Origin: Synechococcus sp. A15-28
Lineage (GTDB): Bacteria; Cyanobacteriota; Cyanobacteriia; PCC-6307; Cyanobiaceae
Assembly (NCBI RefSeq): GCF_014280175.1
Contig: NZ_CP047931.1
Coordinates: forward strand, 360,001-392,000
Reading direction: 5' to 3'
Length of the DNA: 32,000 bases
Positions 26,593-32,000 of this stretch are shown one piece after another. Under the pieces are notes generated by a model. That model ran no database searches, was not told the DNA's origin, and saw nothing but the letters and a program-made list of their open reading frames with translations. The translations under genes and the position numbers were made by a program. Positions within the stretch are counted from its first letter, which is position 1; each line of letters begins with the position of its first letter.

Positions 26593-28258
26593 ACCGGATG
26601 AGAACAAGGATGCCTGGGAACGACTAGTTGTTCTTAAGGAGTTGGATCGCGATTCAAGCTTTAAGCCAGGCTATGACTACAAGACAGATCTCAAGCTCGC
26701 ACTCAGAAAGCGTGATGAGCCCGTTACTACGGTCACGAATAGATCCGCAAAAAATACCAAGCCGCTGGTTCTTAGCACTGCAGAATATATTGAGGAATTA
26801 AGTAAGAAGGCCGACATAATCGTTGCCGACACCAGCATCCCAACGACACACCGGCTCATCCATCTCCGCAACGTAGCGACCGGCTTCCCAACGAGCTTTA
26901 AGGATGCGGAGTTACAGAGATTGCTTTGGGATGCAAGGCGTAGACTGGCTCCAGGTGCAAAGCCAATAGGCCAAGGCGGGAAATTATCAAGACGTCAAGC
27001 TCCCTGGTTGTGGGATGGCATCCTTATCAAATCAACGACCAACTTGGTTGTTGCATTACCAAAGGTCGGCAAAAGCCGTCTGATAAGCCAGGTTATTGGC
27101 AGGCTTGCCAAAGGTGAAGATGAGTTTCTTGGTCGCAAGCTCTTTGGTCCCTGCCCACCAGTCTTGATAGTTGGGACTGATCAACCAGAGCCAGATTGGG
27201 CAGAGTGTCTGGGTTTAGCCGGTCTTTTAGATGCCGATGGCGCAATGCACTCTTGCATCAAAGAGCTGTATCACACCGGTTGTCCTCTTCATTTAGATGA
27301 GGATGGTATTGACCGGATAACTGAGCTATGTCGGCAGTATCCAGGAATGCTTATCCTGGTTGATAGCTATGCAAAATGTACGAATAATTTGGGAATTGTG
27401 GAGTCAGATTCGCAATACGCTGGCCCGCTTATGGATTTGCAGGAAGCGACTGCGCCATATGGTGCGACCTTGGTCGTGATTCATCACAGCAACCGAAATT
27501 CAGCAGGCGGTCGTGCTTCGATGTCCTCTCGTGGAACAACTGCATTACCTGCAGCAGTTTCACAAACGATCAGCTTGACCTGGGCCAACGCAGATGATGC
27601 AAACCCGTTAGCTAAGCGTGATGGCCGCGTCAAACTCAACACCGAAGGACGTGGTGGCAAACCACAGGATCTTCTAATTGAGCAGATTGAGGACGGTCAC
27701 GACTGGCTCCTCCACGGAACTGGTGAGGAAATTGCAGTACAGAGTGCGCTTGAGAAGCTGATAGAGGCTTTGACAGATCGCCAATATGCTGCGCTTAGAG
27801 ATATGGCTCATCACTACAACGCCACTGGTTGTGGAATGGATGCTCGGCATCTTGCAGATGCCCTTGATCTGTCACCACACGGCAGAGTAAAGGCGCAAGA
27901 AGTACTGGATTCGCTCAACAGGAAGAAGTTAATTGAGCCTGCCGGCAACCGGCCTGCGTTGGGATCTGACGGTGGCAAACCTGCAAATCTCTATCGGCCA
28001 GTTGACGCAGTCCTTCCCTTGTTTGCATTATCAGCTTCTATACCTTTCAAACCTTCTATTGATAACGTAACGGTTACGAAAACAAAAGAAGGTATAGAGG
28101 ATATGAAAGGTGATTCTTTATACAAGGAAATGATGCTCACTTGTGAATGCTGTGGCAAGGAGTTTGCTGCCAACAAAAAAGGAACGGCCAAGAAATACTG
28201 TTCGGAGACCTGCAGGGTTCGTGCGTATCGCGATCGCAAATCTCGCAATGCTGCTTAG
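26582..28258 (+). CDS. RepA/RecA-like AAA ATPase (helicase) with C-terminal zinc-ribbon-like tail
   Basis: 558 aa; TNLVVALPKVGKSRLISQVIGRLAKGE (Walker A), LILVDSY (Walker B), VVIHHSNR, and C-terminal CECCGKEFAANKKGTAKKYCSETCRVRAYRDRK. Confidence 0.85.
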   Translation: MMSKPDENKDAWERLVVLKELDRDSSFKPGYDYKTDLKLALRKRDEPVTTVTNRSAKNTKPLVLSTAEYIEELSKKADIIVADTSIPTTHRLIHLRNVATGFPTSFKDAELQRLLWDARRRLAPGAKPIGQGGKLSRRQAPWLWDGILIKSTTNLVVALPKVGKSRLISQVIGRLAKGEDEFLGRKLFGPCPPVLIVGTDQPEPDWAECLGLAGLLDADGAMHSCIKELYHTGCPLHLDEDGIDRITELCRQYPGMLILVDSYAKCTNNLGIVESDSQYAGPLMDLQEATAPYGATLVVIHHSNRNSAGGRASMSSRGTTALPAAVSQTISLTWANADDANPLAKRDGRVKLNTEGRGGKPQDLLIEQIEDGHDWLLHGTGEEIAVQSALEKLIEALTDRQYAALRDMAHHYNATGCGMDARHLADALDLSPHGRVKAQEVLDSLNRKKLIEPAGNRPALGSDGGKPANLYRPVDAVLPLFALSASIPFKPSIDNVTVTKTKEGIEDMKGDSLYKEMMLTCECCGKEFAANKKGTAKKYCSETCRVRAYRDRKSRNAA

Positions 28259-28700
28259 ACCTGTGCAGCAAGCACCAGCGTCTTCGGGATGCGCCTCAGC
28301 CCACCGGCAACGTATGCCTCCCAGCAAGTGGCCGTGGCAGATCCGGTGCGCTGAAAGTTTTCTCAGCGAAAACTTCCACAAAGTCAACTTTACGAGAGAT
28401 ACCTCCTAGAGGGCAGGCCAAAGCACGAAACGGCCTGTGTGTACCTTCAACGATGAGATTTCCAAGCGATTGGGCATTGGTGATGTGGATCGTCATGGGT
28501 AAAACCTTATTTCCTTTGGTCTAAGCCTGCTCATTCGGAGGATGTCGTACCACATCTCACCAAACAAAAGTTTTCAGCCACATCAACGTAACGTGTAATT
28601 TTCCTCTAACGGCTTAGGTGATGTAAAACAGTCACGCCAAACAGCAATGTACGCTTTCCATTGCTACTAATCTACGGATATCCCGCGCCAGACTGACGTC

Positions 28701-28931
28701 ATGAAATTTCTCGTCTTGCCCTTCTCAATGCTGTTCATGGCAGAACCTGCGCTCTCTTCCAGCGACAAGCAAGTCTTCCTGTCAATGCAGAAGTTTGAGC
28801 AGGTGGCTGACAGGGCACATGCCTTCTGCGCGAGCGTTGACCTTGAGTTCTCTCAAAAGTTCTATGACTGCATGGACAAGAAGATGCATGGAATTTATAT
28901 CGACAGCAGCACGGTTAGATCACGTAATTAA
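28701..28931 (+). CDS. Possible small secreted protein
   Basis: 76 aa, MKFLVLPFSMLFMAEPALSSSDKQVF signal-peptide-like N-terminus and three cysteines? (two clear: FCASVD, YDCMD). Confidence 0.4.
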   Translation: MKFLVLPFSMLFMAEPALSSSDKQVFLSMQKFEQVADRAHAFCASVDLEFSQKFYDCMDKKMHGIYIDSSTVRSRN

Positions 28932-29132
28932 GACGAATACGGGTCCTTCTTGTGTAGTACAGCGTAGGTTTCTTCAGATCGCCTTCATTATTTAGCGCCA
29001 GATAAGTTGGGCCTAAATTGCTTAGCACTATCTATTAGCGAAACTAATCAAATTAGTGGTCATTAGAAGGCGATAGCACGGTGGACTGGTCTGCACACTG
29101 TTCTCCCGTACGGCTTTCCAGTACTGCCTTAC

Positions 29133-29513
29133 CTACGCACTGCTCAGGACATCTTCGCGAAAAGCTTTTTGTCGTTCGACCACATCCTGACACCGGATTA
29201 CAGGAGTGAAGTCCATCTCAATGCCGAATTGAGGACGCCATGGCGCGAAGGCTTCAAAGATCTGAGCATCACTCTCTGCCTTAAACAAAATTGTTACTCG
29301 GCCTGCGCAAGGTGCGTGGACGCGGAACAACATTTCAAAGCCATCAAAGTTGTCTAGCTTCGCTATTTCTCCTGAATCCCACAGCTCACAGAAGCATTTG
29401 TAAGCAGCCAGTTGACCTTCAATCTCAGGAAAAACGCAATCCGCGAGATACATCTGCATGGGAAGTACGAAGAAGGAGTCAGCCATTTGATAGGCATCCC
29501 AAGGTTTTGCCAC
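29133..29513 (-). CDS. Hypothetical protein (element B)
   Basis: 126 aa, MAKPWDAYQMADSFFVLPMQMYLADCVFPEIEGQLAAYKCFCELWDSGEIAKL...; no recognised domain. Confidence 0.55.
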   Translation of the reverse strand: MAKPWDAYQMADSFFVLPMQMYLADCVFPEIEGQLAAYKCFCELWDSGEIAKLDNFDGFEMLFRVHAPCAGRVTILFKAESDAQIFEAFAPWRPQFGIEMDFTPVIRCQDVVERQKAFREDVLSSA

Positions 29514-29714
29514 TGTTCAGTTGATTAGATCGTGACAATGGAATGTCAGCGCCGGAACGGCTTATGCGAGTGGCTCCCACGGAAGTGAGCTTCAAATTGC
29601 CTGTGCAGCTGCGGCTACAACGACATCATGTGCCGACTATTGATGCGGGCTTACTCACATTGATGGAACAAACAGACCTGCTGAGCCATGACAGGGGGGT
29701 TAAGCATTAAAACC

Positions 29715-29843
29715 ATGGCTCGCTTACTTCAATTTGTTCAGAAGTCGAAGAAAGCTGATTTGGCAGCTTCAACTGCTGTCGTCTTTGCTTGCATCACAGC
29801 TCTCGCCCTATGGGGTGTTTCGAATGCTTATCCAGCACTTTGA
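29715..29843 (+). CDS. Tiny single-TM membrane protein
   Basis: Manual translation: MARLLQFVQKSKKADLAASTAVVFACITALALWGVSNAYPAL*, with an upstream purine-rich stretch (GGGGGG). Not in the ORF track. Confidence 0.45.
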   Translation: MARLLQFVQKSKKADLAASTAVVFACITALALWGVSNAYPAL

Positions 29844-30051
29844 ATGACAAGCTGATCGAGGCTCACCTAAGGGTCTGAACGAAAGCTAGGACCATCGCTG
29901 CGGTGACTACAGTTTACTGTAAAACTGGCTGTTTTATAATACTCTTAAAAGCCAAGCTGTATGTATCCCAAATACGCGTTTTAGTGCCCAAACGTCAGCT
30001 TCCTATTCAGGCTGACCTGATCGTGAATCGCCTTCCACAAGATCTTATTAT

Positions 30052-30606
30052 TTAGAATGTGCAGAAGGGACTAGTCTGCATATCCCACAATGCATCAAGC
30101 CCGCAATCAAAGCTATTCTCGGGATCAAACAATCTAGAATAACTTTGCCCGCGATATCCATAGTTATAATCGCCATAGCTGGTACTAGAAGAATCAGATG
30201 ACGTAGATTCATCTGAACCTTGATATGATTCTCCTAAATCTCTATCACTGGAATTAGAAAATAGGAAGTCACTTGAATCAATATTTGACAAATTGCTAAG
30301 ACGAGCAATTACGCCACCTTTCTTTCCAAACCCTTTGCCAGCTCCATTGCGATTCCTATAGAGAAAACCCTTCTTTTGATCAAAAATTAAATCAACATCA
30401 TGTGTTGAATGAACCTTTCTTGCGTCTTTTCTGTTTTTAGCAAAGTGAATTGTTGTATCACCATCAAAGCTATAACTGATTAATTCAATTTTATTCGTAC
30501 CCTTCGAAAAGAGTGACAGATTATATTCTAAATATTTAGCTTTTTTGTTGCGACCTTGAAGAAAGATCTGGAAATTGTCGTCATTGTTGAGTGAAGGTTC
30601 TTTCAT
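30052..30606 (-). CDS. Surface/RTX-associated domain-like protein, possible fragment of a larger surface protein
   Basis: Likely start MKEPSLNNDDNFQIF at 30606. Contains DVDLIFDQKKGFLYRNRNGAGKGFGKKGGVIARLSNLSNIDSSDFLFSN, resembling domains of cyanobacterial surface proteins, then a Ser/Asp/Tyr/Gly-rich tail. Confidence 0.45.
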   Translation of the reverse strand: MKEPSLNNDDNFQIFLQGRNKKAKYLEYNLSLFSKGTNKIELISYSFDGDTTIHFAKNRKDARKVHSTHDVDLIFDQKKGFLYRNRNGAGKGFGKKGGVIARLSNLSNIDSSDFLFSNSSDRDLGESYQGSDESTSSDSSSTSYGDYNYGYRGQSYSRLFDPENSFDCGLDALWDMQTSPFCTF

Positions 30607-30701
30607 GAGAATGCAATACCTAACATTATAATGGCTAAGTACCGTCAAAAATGTGGATCTAGAACGCAAGTCGTTCAGAGACGCGCCCGATACCGATACC
30701 G

Positions 30702-30893
30702 ATGCCGAACATCCTTGATCACGTCTCACTAGCACCAGTCCTTGAAGTAGACGCCTGGCCACGCTCAGCATCACGCAAGGAATGGTTCGCCATCACAAGG
30801 GGCATCATTCAAGACACCATCGCTGACATGAACCTCGATGCTGCTGCGGAAGCAGAAGTGATCGAAGCCTTCACTGGTGCAGAGCTGTTGTGA
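30702..30893 (+). CDS. Hypothetical small protein (element B)
   Basis: 63 aa, MPNILDHVSLAPVLEVDAWPRSASRKEWFAITRGIIQDTIADMNLDAAAEAEVIEAFTGAELL. Confidence 0.35.
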   Translation: MPNILDHVSLAPVLEVDAWPRSASRKEWFAITRGIIQDTIADMNLDAAAEAEVIEAFTGAELL

Positions 30894-30912
30894 ATGATCA
30901 GGAGCTGACTAA

Positions 30913-31014
30913 CTAATGGTCGTGCAGCAGCAGCTCAAGCTCTCCATAGAAGAGAGCCATAGCGCCAACGATGGCAACGCACAGGGTGGTGGTGAGAAGC
31001 AGTTCGTTGAGCAT
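30913..31014 (-). CDS. Tiny single-TM membrane peptide
   Basis: Manual minus-strand translation: MLNELLLTTTLCVAIVGAMALFYGELELLLHDH* (33 aa). Not in the ORF track. Confidence 0.35.
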   Translation of the reverse strand: MLNELLLTTTLCVAIVGAMALFYGELELLLHDH

Positions 31015-31584
31015 CTTTTCCTCCTTGTCGCTGTCCTTGGTCTAAGACAAATAGTCAGCAATTGTAGCTATTGTTACAAGTCAGAATGGAGTGAAAACCG
31101 GCCAGCAAGACCGATAGGCTCAAATCCGTCGCAGCGCAGTCAACCTCAGCGATTTGCACCCCTACAAGCGCCGGGTAACATCAGCCACCTGACCAGACAA
31201 ATGCTTCAAGCCGCACCAAAATCAACTGCGATCCTCCACCAATCTTTTACGTGATCTGAATAAACCGTCACGCCAAACAGCAAGGGCACTCAGAGGCTTG
31301 AGTAGTTTCGTCAGCACGATTGTGGATACAGGAATCATTGATCGTCGCTCCACAACCTGGACGCGGCAAAACGCCAAGCGACGATTGAACTTGCAGAGGC
31401 ACCGAAAGCAAGAAATGCGATCAGCATCTGGGAAGTATTCATGGGTAATCTGAAGATGAAGCTTTTTTAGCTACTCACTAACGACTGGCGCTGTTGTTAC
31501 AAACTAGGAGCAGCAACCACTGGTTACGAAACTCCCGTGTCATCACCACTAAGTAGCTGACCCAATAAATCTCTTCTTAACACC

Positions 31585-31965
31585 ATGGCAATCACTACAC
31601 GCCAACAACGCCAGCAACGTCGTAACGAGGCTCTACAGCTGATCAGCAGTGGTGTTCCACCAACTGATGCTGCGTCTCAGCTGACTGTGAAGTGGGGGTG
31701 CAGCAGGCGAACGAGTCTGCGTGACATAGAAATTGCGCAGAGTGACCTAGCGAACGCCTTGGACTCGGTTGAGCTTCAGCAGATGGTGGGTTGGCTAGCG
31801 ACGAAATATCAACGGCTAGCCGCGAAAGCCGAACGCGATGGTCAGCAAGCCTCAGCTGTTGGTGCGCTGAACGCGTTGCGAGCAATGGTTGTGCAACCGC
31901 AACTGGATGCGCAGTTTGCATCTCACTTCCGTGGCCGGTTTACGCACCATTCCTACCGGCGGTGA
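31585..31965 (+). CDS. Terminase small subunit-like (TerS-like) DNA-binding protein
   Basis: 126 aa; RQQRRNEALQLISSGVPPTDAASQLTVKWGCSRRTSLRDIEIAQSDLANAL (HTH-like) and QQASAVGALNALRAMVVQPQLD. Confidence 0.45.
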   Translation: MAITTRQQRQQRRNEALQLISSGVPPTDAASQLTVKWGCSRRTSLRDIEIAQSDLANALDSVELQQMVGWLATKYQRLAAKAERDGQQASAVGALNALRAMVVQPQLDAQFASHFRGRFTHHSYRR

Positions 31966-32000
31966 CATGGCAATGTTCGGGGCTTGCTCAATGCCCCATG

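Noticed and set aside
31980-32000. Window ends with GCCCCATG, the reverse complement of part of the att core (CATGGGG)
   Set aside because: Wrong orientation for a direct-repeat att site, only 7 matching bases, and the rest of the core does not match. The sequence beyond the window would decide.
16000-32000. CRISPR arrays
   Set aside because: No regularly spaced 25-40 bp repeats found by eye. The only short repeats are the 9-12 bp direct repeats near the att sites.

Overview
The left half (1-~16,060) is ordinary high-GC core genome of a marine picocyanobacterium (Synechococcus/Cyanobium-like). It carries a HIT protein, an SbmA/BacA-like ABC transporter, an Hli protein, Ycf66, psbX (missed by the ORF track), a YggT protein, accC, tRNA-Leu(GAG), an LpxB-like protein, msrB, a PRC-barrel protein, smc, a YqjD/YqjE-like pair and an RlmL-like methyltransferase. 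A circularly permuted two-piece tmRNA gene (ssrA, tag ANNIVRFSRQAAPVAA*) lies at ~15,800-16,075. From the 3' end of ssrA onward the composition drops to lower GC and the content becomes accessory. A 23-bp near-perfect direct repeat of the ssrA 3' end (16064-16086 and 24928-24950, one mismatch) bounds a ~8.9 kb element (element A). Element A has two different tyrosine recombinases, one at each end, plus a MerR/Xis-like protein, a prim-pol + VapE-type helicase and a TerS-like protein. A second accessory block (element B) runs from 24,951 past the window edge. It has a homologous Xis-like protein, an RHH protein, a RepA/AAA-type helicase with a C-terminal zinc-ribbon-like tail, a surface-protein-like ORF, tiny membrane peptides and another TerS-like protein. 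Short direct repeats resembling integrase arm sites (TTCCGACAA pairs inside both ends of A; three TCGGGATAAATC copies just inside B) lie next to the att cores. My main interpretation is two tandem phage-satellite-like (PICI/tycheposon-like) elements stacked at the 3' end of a permuted tmRNA gene. This is inferred from sequence reading only; no searches or computations were run.
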